Assembly: GCA_965207665.1 (NCBI GenBank)
Contig: CBDBMV010000002.1
Span: 1,945,704 to 2,009,703, forward strand
Direction of reading: 5' to 3'
Origin: Vicinamibacterales bacterium
Lineage (GTDB): Bacteria > Acidobacteriota > Vicinamibacteria > Vicinamibacterales > UBA8438
DNA: 64,000 nt
In this document: positions 26,899 through 36,097 of the stretch, in pieces
How positions within the stretch are numbered: the first letter of the stretch is position 1
How the letters are laid out: every line of letters starts with the position of its first letter
Notes under the pieces: model-generated
Told to the model about the DNA's origin: nothing
The model's input: only the letters and a program-made list of their open reading frames with translations
Database searches by the model: none
Made by a program: the position numbers and the translations under genes

Positions 26899-28962
26899 AT
26901 GCAGACCCTGGGCCGGATCGGCGGGTTCGTTCTGGCTGCTCTAGTCGTCGTTGTAGCCGCAGCGGCGCCGGCCGGCGCCCAGTACGGCGCACGGGCCGAC
27001 GGCGAGTGGCCGACGCATGGCGGGGATTTGGGCAACACGAAGTACTCGCCGCTCGATCAGATCACCGCGGACAACTTCGACCAGTTGGAGATTGTCTGGC
27101 GCTGGCGCTCGGCGGACGGGTTCCTCAGCAAAAGTGACGCGGCAGGCGGAGAGCTTTGGACCGACTCGCGGCTGATCTTCGACGCGCTCGACCGTGAGGA
27201 CCCGGACCGCTGGCGCGACCGCGAGCCGCCGTACGTCGCGCGGTTCAAGGCGACGCCCCTCATGGTCGGCGGGCGGTTGTTCGTGAACATGCCCACGTCG
27301 GTCGGCGCCGGCATCGACGCCCGCACGGGCGAGACGCTGTGGGTGTTCAACCCGAAGAGCTACGAGGCGGGCACCACGACCATGACCGCCCGCTGGATCC
27401 AGCGCGGCGTGGCCTACTGGACCGACGGCGATGCCGAGCGGGTGCTATGGGGGACGAGCGACGGGTACCTGGTGTCCGTCGACGCCGCCACGGGCAGGCC
27501 CGACGCCGCATTCGGCCGCAACGGCCGGGTCGACCTCATGGACGGGCTGCCCAACACGCGGCGCGGCGACCGCGACTGGCTCAACGCGCTGACCTACTCG
27601 GTGCAGTCGCCGCCGATCGTGGTGGGCGACATCATCGTCTCACCCGCGTCGATTTCGTCCTACAACATCAACCAGGAACAGGTGCCGGGCTGGACTCGCG
27701 GCTGGGACGTGCGGACCGGCGCGCGCCGGTGGACCTTCCGCACGGTGCCGCAGGGCGACGACTACGGCAACGACACCTGGGAGGGCGACTCCTGGCGCCG
27801 GTCGGGCAAGGTCAGCGGGTGGACGATCTACAGCGCCGACGAGGAGCTCGGCCTGCTGTACATCCCGCTGAACACCGTGGCCCCCGACTACTGGGGCGGC
27901 CAGCGGCTGGGCGACAACCTGTTCTCGGAGACGCTGCTGTGCCTCGACATCGAGACGGGCCAGCGCATGTGGCACTTCCAGGCCGCGCACCACGGTCTCT
28001 GGGACTACGACCTGCCGGCCGCGCCGAACCTGCTCGACATCACGGTCGACGGCCGCGAGATCAAGGCGGTGGCGCAGGTGACGAAGCAGGGGTTCGTATT
28101 CGCGTTCGACCGCGTGACGGGTGAGCCGGTGTGGCCGATCGAGGAACGCCCCGTGCCGGCGTCGGATATTCCCGGCGAGCGGGCCTCGCCGACGCAGCCG
28201 TTTCCGACGAAACCCGCCCCGTTCGAATACCAGGGCGTCACCATCGACGACCTGGTGGATTTCACCCCCGAGATCCGCCGGATGGCCGAGGAGGTCGTGT
28301 CGCACTTCCGCATCGGACCGCTCTACACGCCGCCCTCGCTGGTCGTGGAGGGGGGCAACCAGGGCACGCTGGCGCGGCCCAACGCTTCCGGGGCAGCGAC
28401 CTGGGTCGGCGCCGCGGTCGATCCGGAGACCGGCATGCTGTACGTCCCCTCCAACAATCTCTATTCCGTATTCCGGCTACGCGAGGCGTACCCCGGCGAG
28501 CCCGGGAACCTGCGCTACCGCGAGGCGCGTGACAGCGGCACGCCGCCGCGCATGCCGCAGGGCCTGCCCCTCTTCAAGCCGCCCTATACGCGGATGACGG
28601 CGATCGACATGAACACCGGCGACCACGCCTGGATGCAGCCGCTCGGCAACGGCGACCGCATCCGCAACCATCCCGCGCTCCGGCATCTCGACCTGCCTCC
28701 GCTGGGCGGGGACAGCGAGGACCACGGGCCGCTGCTCACGCCGACGCTCCTGATCAGTGCACTGTCGGCTGGCGGCACAGGCGATGGCCCGCAGCTCGTG
28801 GCCCGGGACAAGGGGACCGGGGAAGTCCTGGCCGCCATAGACCTGCCGCGGGGGGCGCTGGGGAGCCCGATGACCTACCTGCTCGACGGCAGGCAGTACA
28901 TCGCGCTTACGATTGGCGGCAGCCCGGTTCCGGAGCTCATCGCGCTGGCGCTTCCCGAGTGA
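26899..28962 (+). CDS. Soluble exported PQQ-dependent dehydrogenase, paralog 3 (more divergent)
   Basis: Signal peptide ...[100 protein letters not shown]. Confidence 0.8.
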   Translation: MQTLGRIGGFVLAALVVVVAAAAPAGAQYGARADGEWPTHGGDLGNTKYSPLDQITADNFDQLEIVWRWRSADGFLSKSDAAGGELWTDSRLIFDALDREDPDRWRDREPPYVARFKATPLMVGGRLFVNMPTSVGAGIDARTGETLWVFNPKSYEAGTTTMTARWIQRGVAYWTDGDAERVLWGTSDGYLVSVDAATGRPDAAFGRNGRVDLMDGLPNTRRGDRDWLNALTYSVQSPPIVVGDIIVSPASISSYNINQEQVPGWTRGWDVRTGARRWTFRTVPQGDDYGNDTWEGDSWRRSGKVSGWTIYSADEELGLLYIPLNTVAPDYWGGQRLGDNLFSETLLCLDIETGQRMWHFQAAHHGLWDYDLPAAPNLLDITVDGREIKAVAQVTKQGFVFAFDRVTGEPVWPIEERPVPASDIPGERASPTQPFPTKPAPFEYQGVTIDDLVDFTPEIRRMAEEVVSHFRIGPLYTPPSLVVEGGNQGTLARPNASGAATWVGAAVDPETGMLYVPSNNLYSVFRLREAYPGEPGNLRYREARDSGTPPRMPQGLPLFKPPYTRMTAIDMNTGDHAWMQPLGNGDRIRNHPALRHLDLPPLGGDSEDHGPLLTPTLLISALSAGGTGDGPQLVARDKGTGEVLAAIDLPRGALGSPMTYLLDGRQYIALTIGGSPVPELIALALPE

Positions 28963-28987
28963 GACAGGATCCAGACAAGGAGTTGTG

Positions 28988-30637
28988 ATGATTTTGCGAA
29001 AGAGAGCGCCATGGATCGCGGGACTCGGTGTGGCGCTGCTCGCCGGTTGCGCGGCGCCCGACCCGCCGGAACCGGCCGACTGGACGGTCACGGTGCTCGC
29101 GCAGGGCAGTCCGCTGCACGCCACCAACGGGATGTACTTCGGCCCCGACGGACGCCTCTACGTGGTCAGCGCGTCCAGCGCGACGGTGGCTGCCGTCGAC
29201 AAGGAGAGCGGGGAGGTCCTGGAGCGCTGGGGACCCGAGCTCGGCGTACAAGGGCCCGACGACATCACCTTCGGGGCGGACGGCTCCGCCTACTGGACCG
29301 AGTTCGCCTTCGGCGACGTCGCCAGGCGCACGCCGGACGGGACGATCTCCGTGATTGCCTCACCCGGCCGCGGTGTGAACCCGATCACGTTCTCGGACGA
29401 CGGCCGGCTGTTCGTGTCGCGATGTGCGCTGGGCCACGAGCTGTTCGAGATCGATCCGGACGGCGTCGAGGAGCCTCGCCTCATCACGGATCAGCTCGGT
29501 CCGGGCTGCGGTCTCAACGGCATGGACTGGGGGCCGGACGGCCGGCTGTACGGCCCGCGGCCGACTGGTCGCGAGGTGATGCGCGTGGATGTCGACAGCG
29601 GCACGTATGAGTCCGTCGCATCCGGCTTTCGGGCGCCGGTCGCGCTGAAGTTCGACTCGCAGCACCGGCTGCACGTGCTCGACAGCGGCACCGGCGAGGT
29701 GTTCCGGGTAGACATCGAGACCGGCGACAAGGAGCTTGCCGGCCAGACCGCGCCGAGCGCCGACAACCTGGTCTTCGATGCGGACGACCGGCTCTTCGTG
29801 TCGAGCTACGCCCACAGCTTCATCCTGGAGGTTCTCGGACCCGAGGAGAACCGCACGGTCATGGCCGGCGGCCCCAGTTTTCCGAGCGGTTTGGCCTGGC
29901 TGCCGGGCAATGGCGGCGCGGGCCGCCTGTTTCTGGCCGACCGCCGGGCGCTGCGGGAGCTGGATCCCCGGACCGGCGAGGAGCTCCACAACGTGGTCGG
30001 CAACACCACCGACGTGGGAGAAGCGATGTCGGCGTACCCGTATGGCGGGCAGCTCCTGCTTGGCGGCGCCACCACGGTCAGCATCTGGGATCCGGACGGC
30101 GACCGCCTCGTCCAGCGCTTCGAAGGTTTCGAGGAGACGAGCGACGTCCTCGCGCTGGGCGATGACATCATCGTGAGCGAGCACGAGACGGGCAGCGTGC
30201 TGCGCTTCAATCCGGCAGCGCCCGACGCCCGCGCCGTGCTGGCAAGTGGTCTCGACGAGCCTGCCGGTCTGGCCGCGCACGGGGACGACCTGTACGTCGC
30301 CGACCGCAGCGGGTCGCTCCTGCAGGTTCTCGACGACGGCGAGCGCCTGGATCCCCCGCGCGTGGTGGCTGATGGACTGGCCGGGCCCGAGGGTATCGCC
30401 GCCGGCGAGGATGGCGCGCTGTACGTCGTCGAGCAGGAAGCGGGCCGCGTGACGCAGGTGGATCCCGAGACCGGCGCCGCCACGCCCGTCGTCGAAGGTC
30501 TCACGCTCGACAGCCTCGAACAGAAGAGCATCGGGGTGACGACTGCCGTCGGATTCCTGTCCGACGTCACGGTCGGCGACGGCAGTCTCTATCTGTCGAG
30601 CTACGCGGAGAACCGTGTATACCGCATTGATCGTTGA
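28988..30637 (+). CDS. Beta-propeller lipoprotein (SMP-30/gluconolactonase/Vgb-lyase/NHL-like repeats), tandem copy 1
   Basis: Lipobox LLAGC. Repeated blades: NGMYFGPDGRLYVVS, GPDDITFGADGSAYWTE, NPITFSDDGRLFVS, PVALKFDSQHRLHVLD, PAGLAAHGDDLYVAD, PEGIAAGEDGALYVVE. Confidence 0.65.
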   Translation: MILRKRAPWIAGLGVALLAGCAAPDPPEPADWTVTVLAQGSPLHATNGMYFGPDGRLYVVSASSATVAAVDKESGEVLERWGPELGVQGPDDITFGADGSAYWTEFAFGDVARRTPDGTISVIASPGRGVNPITFSDDGRLFVSRCALGHELFEIDPDGVEEPRLITDQLGPGCGLNGMDWGPDGRLYGPRPTGREVMRVDVDSGTYESVASGFRAPVALKFDSQHRLHVLDSGTGEVFRVDIETGDKELAGQTAPSADNLVFDADDRLFVSSYAHSFILEVLGPEENRTVMAGGPSFPSGLAWLPGNGGAGRLFLADRRALRELDPRTGEELHNVVGNTTDVGEAMSAYPYGGQLLLGGATTVSIWDPDGDRLVQRFEGFEETSDVLALGDDIIVSEHETGSVLRFNPAAPDARAVLASGLDEPAGLAAHGDDLYVADRSGSLLQVLDDGERLDPPRVVADGLAGPEGIAAGEDGALYVVEQEAGRVTQVDPETGAATPVVEGLTLDSLEQKSIGVTTAVGFLSDVTVGDGSLYLSSYAENRVYRIDR

Positions 30638-30655
30638 GGCGGAGAAGACAAGACC

Positions 30656-32329
30656 ATGTTGACAAGACAGTCAGGATCACCCTCGCATGGCGCCGTCCGT
30701 GCGTGGATTGCAGTCTGCAGCGTGGCGCTGCTCGGCGGCTGCGCGGCGCCGGACCCGCCGGAACCGGCCTCGTGGACCGTGAGGGTGCTCGCCCAGGGCA
30801 GCCCCCTGCACGCCACGAACGGCATGTACTTCGGTCCCGACGGGCGCCTCTACGTCGTCAGCGCGTCGAGTGCGGTCGTGGCGGCGTTCGACCCCGAGAG
30901 CGGGGAGCTCCTGGACCAGTGGGGCCCCGGTATGGGCGTGCAGGGCCCCGACGACATTACCTTCGGTCCGGACGGCTCCGCCTACTGGACCGAGTTCGCC
31001 TTCGGCGACGTCGGCAAGCGCGCGCCCGACGGGACGATGTCCGTGATTGCCTCGCCCGGCCTCGGCGTGAATCCGATTACGTTCTCGGATGACGGCCGGC
31101 TTTTCGTGGCGCTGTGCGCGCTCGGTGAGGGGCTCTTCGAGATCGATCCGGACGGTGTCGAAGAGCCGCGCCTCATTGCCGACGGGCTCGGTCCGGGCTG
31201 CGGCCTGAACGGCATGGACTGGGGGCCGGACGACCGGCTGTACGCTCCGCGATTGACGGCGCGGAAGGTGGTGCGCATCGATGTCGATAGCGGCGCGTTC
31301 GAAACGGTCGCCACCGGCTTCGAGGCTCCGGTGGCGCTCAAGTTCGACTCGCAGCACCGGCTGCACGTGCTCGACAGCGGTACCGGCGAGGTGTTCCGGG
31401 TAGACATCGAGACCGGCGAGAAGCAGATCGTCGGGCAAACCGCGCCGAGCGCCGACAACCTGGCCTTCGACGCGGACGACCGGCTGTTCGTGTCGAACAA
31501 CGCCCACAGCTTCGTCGTCGAGGTCCTCGGACCCGAGACGAACCGGACGGTCGTCGCGGGCGTCGTCAGCTTCCCGGGCGGCCTGGCCTGGCTGCCGGAA
31601 GCCGATGGGTCGGGCCGACTGTTCCTAGCCGACCGCCGGGCGCTGCGCGAGTTGGATCCCGAGACCGGCGAAGAGCTGCACTTCGTGACCCGCCACGAGG
31701 GCGACGTGGGCGAGGCGCTGACGGCGCACCCGTACGGGGATCACTTGCTCCTGTCCGGCGCCACCAACGTCAGCATTTGGGATCCCGATGCGGATCGCCT
31801 GGTCAATCGCTTCGAAGGCTTCGAGCAGGCCAGCGACGCCCTCGTGCTGGGCGGCGACATCATCGTGAGCGAGTACGAGACGGGCAGCGTCATTCGCTTC
31901 GATCCCGACTCGCCGTATACGCGGGAGGTGGTGGCCAGCGGTCTCGAGGAGCCCGCCGGCCTCGCGGCCCATGGCGGCGATCTGTACGTGGCGGACCGGG
32001 CCGGAACGCTCCTGCAGGTCATCGACGGCGGCGAGCCCGTCGAGCCGCCCCGCGTGGTGGCTGACGGTCTGGCCGGCCCCGAGGGTATTGCCGCCGGCGA
32101 GGATGGCGCGCTGTACGTGGTGGAGGAAGACGCGGGCCGCGTAACGCGGGTGGATCCCGAGACCGGCGCGACAACACTGGTGGCGGACGGCCTCAGTCTC
32201 AGCAGCCTGGAGCAGAAGAGCATCGGGGAGTCGACATCGGTCGGGTTCCTGTCCGGCATCACGGTCGGCGACGGGAGCCTCTTCGTATCGAGCTATGCGG
32301 AGAACCGCGTATACCGCATCGATCCGTAA
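30656..32329 (+). CDS. Beta-propeller lipoprotein, tandem copy 2
   Basis: Lipobox LLGGC. Collinear with copy 1, with long identical stretches (CAAPDPPEPA.WTV.VLAQGSPLHATNGMYFGPDGRLYVVSASSA; PVALKFDSQHRLHVLDSGTGEVFRVDIETG). Confidence 0.65.
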   Translation: MLTRQSGSPSHGAVRAWIAVCSVALLGGCAAPDPPEPASWTVRVLAQGSPLHATNGMYFGPDGRLYVVSASSAVVAAFDPESGELLDQWGPGMGVQGPDDITFGPDGSAYWTEFAFGDVGKRAPDGTMSVIASPGLGVNPITFSDDGRLFVALCALGEGLFEIDPDGVEEPRLIADGLGPGCGLNGMDWGPDDRLYAPRLTARKVVRIDVDSGAFETVATGFEAPVALKFDSQHRLHVLDSGTGEVFRVDIETGEKQIVGQTAPSADNLAFDADDRLFVSNNAHSFVVEVLGPETNRTVVAGVVSFPGGLAWLPEADGSGRLFLADRRALRELDPETGEELHFVTRHEGDVGEALTAHPYGDHLLLSGATNVSIWDPDADRLVNRFEGFEQASDALVLGGDIIVSEYETGSVIRFDPDSPYTREVVASGLEEPAGLAAHGGDLYVADRAGTLLQVIDGGEPVEPPRVVADGLAGPEGIAAGEDGALYVVEEDAGRVTRVDPETGATTLVADGLSLSSLEQKSIGESTSVGFLSGITVGDGSLFVSSYAENRVYRIDP

Positions 32330-32390
32330 CAGCTGTGCAAGAATGGGCCGTGTCGGTTCGCCGGGGACGTCAGCAGGCGGGAGGAGTTCC

Positions 32391-34364
32391 GTGAGCAAGA
32401 AGAAGACGGCGGTGTCGAGACGGCGGTTCCTGAAGGAGGCGGGCGTGACGGCAGGCGCGGCCGCCGCGGTGGCCCCGGCCGGCGCGTCCGCGCTCGTGGG
32501 CGAGGCCGCTGCCGCTCCGCCCGATGCCGATATCCGGCTCGCGCCCGAGTTCGAGCCGTCCCGAGTTGCGCCCCTGCCGGAGCGCACGTGGCCGATGACG
32601 GCCGCCAACGTGTTCGCCGAGTGTTGCAAGGCGGAGGGGCTCGCGGCATTCATCCACTGTCCCGGCAACTACGCGGTCCAGAACGCGCTGGCCGAGGCCG
32701 GCATCCCCTCCTACGGGGGGCGGCACGATGGACACATGGGACACGCCTGCGACGCCTTCTACCGCGTCACCGGCGAGATCGCGGCGATCAACGCGCAGTG
32801 GGGCGGCTGCTTGGCGATGGGCATGTCGCCGTTCACGATCGCGCACAGCGCCTGCTCTCCCATCCTGATCCTCAGCGGCGCCGGCCGGGTCTCCGACGAG
32901 GACACGGGAAGGCGTAAGGGGATGGTGGCCGGCACCTGGCGCGACCAGTGGATGACCACGGGCGTGACGAAGTGGGGCAAGACCATCCTGACCGCCGACC
33001 GCGTCTGGGAGCACACCGCCGAAGCGTTCCGGCAGATGAAGACCGGGATTCCAGGGTCGACGCACCTGATCTTCCCGAACGACGTGCTCGCCGCCAGGTT
33101 CGAGACGCCGCGGGAATTGAGCTACCACTACGACAAGTCGAAGTACCGCACCGAAACCAGCCCGCACCCCGAGCCCAAGGCCATCACGGCGGCCATCGAC
33201 ATGCTCAGGAAGGCCGAGCGGCCGATGATCGTGTGCGGCCAGGGGGTCTTCGCCAAGAAGGCCTGGGACGAGCTGAAGGCGTTCGCGGAACGGATGCAGA
33301 TTCCGGTCGCCGAAGCCGCCCCGCAGAAGGGGACATTCGCGGACGACCACCCGCTGTCGGCGAGCGCGGCCCCGGACTCCTACGGCAGCGTCGACGTGGT
33401 CCTCGTCGTGGGTCACTACCGGATGCCGCCGCTCGGCCAGTGGGCGTTTCCCTTCAACGCGAAGTACATCCGGATACACCCGGTGCCGGAGGAGATCGGC
33501 CGCGATATCCCGATCGACGTGGGCATCGTGAGCTGTGAGAAGGCCGCTCTGCAGGCGCTCAACGACGAGGCGCCGCGCGTGAGCCGCGACAGTTGGATCG
33601 CCGAGGTGCGGGCCGCCGAGGAGAAGTACAACGCCAGGCGGGACGAGATCTACGCGCAGTGCCGGCCGTACTCCGAGCCCGGCGCGGTGCACCCTGCGGC
33701 CATCGCCCGGGCGGTGGGCGATTTCCTGCACGGCGGCGAAATCCCCAGGGACGAGATGACTATTGTCTCTGGAGGCTACGGGATCGCGCGCTACACGCGG
33801 CAGTACCTGCGCGCGTACCGTCCGGGGCAGATCCTCAACGGTCCGTACTGGGAGATCGTCGTCGGCCCCGACATCGCCTACACCCTGGGGGTCGGCGTGG
33901 CGATGGAGCTGGGCGCCGGCCCGCAGGCGGCGCACCGCGGAGCGCCGATCCTGACCATTACGGGAGACGCCGGCTTCGGCATCACCGGGTTGGAGATGGA
34001 GACGCTGGCGAAATACCGCATCCCGGCGATTGTGGTGGTCTACAACAACAACGCCTGGGGCACCTGGTCCGCCCAGCGCGGGCGCGCCGGATCCAGTGAC
34101 CGGCCGCGGAAGGAGCACCTGCACCTGTTCCAGGAGAACCTGCGCTACGACAAGGTCGGCGAGGCGCTGGGCTGCCACGGCGAGTACGTCACCGAGGCGG
34201 CCGAGGTCCTGCCCGCGCTGCGCCGCGCGTACGACGTCGCGGTGAACGACCGGCTGCCGACGGTCCTGAACGTCCAGGGCAAGAAGGAGTTCTGGGACGG
34301 TTCCGTGTATCCGCCGGCGATCCTGGGCAAGGTCGAGCCGGGCGTCGGCGCCTACTCCTACTGA
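32391..34364 (+). CDS. Thiamine-diphosphate-dependent enzyme (acetolactate-synthase/benzoylformate-decarboxylase superfamily) with a twin-arginine (Tat) signal
   Basis: GTG at 32391 is preceded by GGGAGGAG. VSKKKTAVSRRRFLKEAGVTAGAAAAVAPAGASA matches S-R-R-x-F-L-K. ThDP-binding motif TGDAGFGITGLEMETLAKYRIPAIVVVYNNNAWG. Confidence 0.75.
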   Translation: MSKKKTAVSRRRFLKEAGVTAGAAAAVAPAGASALVGEAAAAPPDADIRLAPEFEPSRVAPLPERTWPMTAANVFAECCKAEGLAAFIHCPGNYAVQNALAEAGIPSYGGRHDGHMGHACDAFYRVTGEIAAINAQWGGCLAMGMSPFTIAHSACSPILILSGAGRVSDEDTGRRKGMVAGTWRDQWMTTGVTKWGKTILTADRVWEHTAEAFRQMKTGIPGSTHLIFPNDVLAARFETPRELSYHYDKSKYRTETSPHPEPKAITAAIDMLRKAERPMIVCGQGVFAKKAWDELKAFAERMQIPVAEAAPQKGTFADDHPLSASAAPDSYGSVDVVLVVGHYRMPPLGQWAFPFNAKYIRIHPVPEEIGRDIPIDVGIVSCEKAALQALNDEAPRVSRDSWIAEVRAAEEKYNARRDEIYAQCRPYSEPGAVHPAAIARAVGDFLHGGEIPRDEMTIVSGGYGIARYTRQYLRAYRPGQILNGPYWEIVVGPDIAYTLGVGVAMELGAGPQAAHRGAPILTITGDAGFGITGLEMETLAKYRIPAIVVVYNNNAWGTWSAQRGRAGSSDRPRKEHLHLFQENLRYDKVGEALGCHGEYVTEAAEVLPALRRAYDVAVNDRLPTVLNVQGKKEFWDGSVYPPAILGKVEPGVGAYSY

Positions 34365-34382
34365 CCGGGCTCGCGCCCTGCG

Positions 34383-34847
34383 ATGGGGAAGCTGCCGGCG
34401 GCAGTCGTCCGGGACGGGCTGAAGGCCTACGCCGAGCGGGGGATCTTCAAGGAGCTCCGCGAGACGAAGGCAAGGTCCGGGAAGACGCGCTTCCAGTTCC
34501 TTCTGTTGGATGAATCAGTGACGGTGGAGCTTGCGGAGCGCGACCAGACGCTGGTCATCCGCGACATGCTGCGGCAGGTGCCGGCCGGTATGTACGCGGA
34601 CCTGCAGGACTTTCTGGAGGCGCTGTTCGAGCGCGGGCTGCCGCCCCACCGGCGCCTCGACCGGCGCTCGGCCGACATGCGATTCACGCGGCGGCGCGGC
34701 CGCGTATCGCTCGTCGTCAAGGTCAAGAACGGCAGGTACAGGTACGCCGTGGAAAAGCTCGTCAGCCTGATGGGTTGGGTGCGCACCCACCTGCAGCAGT
34801 GGCACCCGGCTTACCTGTGGGAAGTAGCTGGCGAATCAGAAGGATAG
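34383..34847 (+). CDS. Hypothetical cytoplasmic protein (no signal peptide), unknown function
   Basis: 154-aa ORF with coherent coding composition, 18 nt after the ThDP gene and 10 nt before the next gene. No motif recognised. Confidence 0.5.
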   Translation: MGKLPAAVVRDGLKAYAERGIFKELRETKARSGKTRFQFLLLDESVTVELAERDQTLVIRDMLRQVPAGMYADLQDFLEALFERGLPPHRRLDRRSADMRFTRRRGRVSLVVKVKNGRYRYAVEKLVSLMGWVRTHLQQWHPAYLWEVAGESEG

Positions 34848-34857
34848 GAGGATTGCC

Positions 34858-35475
34858 ATGAAGACGCGCGTTGCCATCGTCGGAGTAGCCGTCGTCTGCG
34901 TCGCGCTCGCTGTTCCGTCGCTGGTTACCGCCCAGGGGAGCGCGCCGGCAAAGCAGGTCGAGCCGTTCACCCACCTCAGCGCGCCGCGGGTCGAGCTCGG
35001 CGAGCCTACGCCGGGCGGTAGCGAGATGCGGCGGCTGTGTCCCAACCGTCTCGACCTGTGCGAGAAGTACTGGGCGTACACCGTGTACTTCGTGGACGGC
35101 TACACGATTCCCTTCCGCGACAAGGAGATCCTCATCCTCCGCACCGCCTGGTTGTCGCGAGGCGAGTACATCTGGGGGCGCCACTACGTCAGGGGCAAGG
35201 AGTCCGGTCTGACGGACGAGGAGATCGAACGGATCACCGAAGGGCCCGCGGCGCCGGGGTGGAGTGACTTCGACGCGACGCTGCTACGAGCTGCGGACGA
35301 GCTGCACACGAGCCGTTTCGTCAGCGACGCCACCTGGAACGCGCTGTCCGCGCGCTATACCGAGGATCAGGTGCGGGAGGTGGTGATGATCGTCGGAGAC
35401 TACACCCAACTCGCCATGTTCCAGAACAGCCTCGGGGCGCAGTTGCCGCCGGGGTACGACGGCCTCCCGGACTAG
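34858..35475 (+). CDS. Secreted carboxymuconolactone-decarboxylase (CMD/AhpD-like) family protein
   Basis: Signal peptide MKTRVAIVGVAVVCVALAVPSLVTAQG. ILILRTAWLSRGEYIWGRH...LTDEEIERI...LLRAADELH...ARYTEDQVREVVMIVGDYTQLAMF is typical of the CMD fold. Confidence 0.6.
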   Translation: MKTRVAIVGVAVVCVALAVPSLVTAQGSAPAKQVEPFTHLSAPRVELGEPTPGGSEMRRLCPNRLDLCEKYWAYTVYFVDGYTIPFRDKEILILRTAWLSRGEYIWGRHYVRGKESGLTDEEIERITEGPAAPGWSDFDATLLRAADELHTSRFVSDATWNALSARYTEDQVREVVMIVGDYTQLAMFQNSLGAQLPPGYDGLPD

Positions 35476-35487
35476 CCGCGCATTCGA

Positions 35488-36051
35488 TCAACGGCCGGGA
35501 ATCATGATGTGCGACGCGGAAGTCCCCGCATCCATGATCCAGGTTCCCGCTTGGTTGTAGGCGCCCTCTTCCGGCAGCTTCAGGTCGTCGCCCGTCGCGA
35601 ACGGCACCGCCACCGTGATGTGGGCCTGGTGCGGTGTCACCGAGGCCTGGTCCTGGCCGGTCAGCGAGTACCAGACGCTGCCGTACGCCGGCGCAACGCG
35701 CGACCCGTCGGCTTCGGCGGCCGCGATCGCCTGGCGCCCACCTTCCGCGTTGCCGCCGGACATCCTCAGCCGGTGGGTCTGCTTGGCGCGCTCCAGGTTC
35801 CCCTCGTCGGTGCACTGGACGGCGAACGAGCGGCCGGGCTCGTTGGATCGGTCGTAGCAGACCAGGCCGTTGGTGCCCTCGCGTAGCACTTCGTGGCTCC
35901 CGTCGGCCGCGATGCGCACGACCATGGCCGCTTCCGCCAAGGCCCTGGGCGCCGCGAGGACCGCGCGCGCGATCTCCTCTTCCGCCGACTGGGCCAGCAC
36001 GGGCGTGGACGCCGCCGCGAGGACAAAGGAAACAATCAGCAGCCGCTTCAT
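35488..36051 (-). CDS. Secreted protein, unknown function
   Basis: Signal peptide MKRLLIVSFVLAAASTPVLAQS. 187 aa with coherent composition. No family recognised. Confidence 0.5.
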   Translation of the reverse strand: MKRLLIVSFVLAAASTPVLAQSAEEEIARAVLAAPRALAEAAMVVRIAADGSHEVLREGTNGLVCYDRSNEPGRSFAVQCTDEGNLERAKQTHRLRMSGGNAEGGRQAIAAAEADGSRVAPAYGSVWYSLTGQDQASVTPHQAHITVAVPFATGDDLKLPEEGAYNQAGTWIMDAGTSASHIMIPGR

Positions 36052-36097
36052 CGATTTACCTCCCTGTTCCTTGTCATTGTAGCGGTAGCGTCACGCA

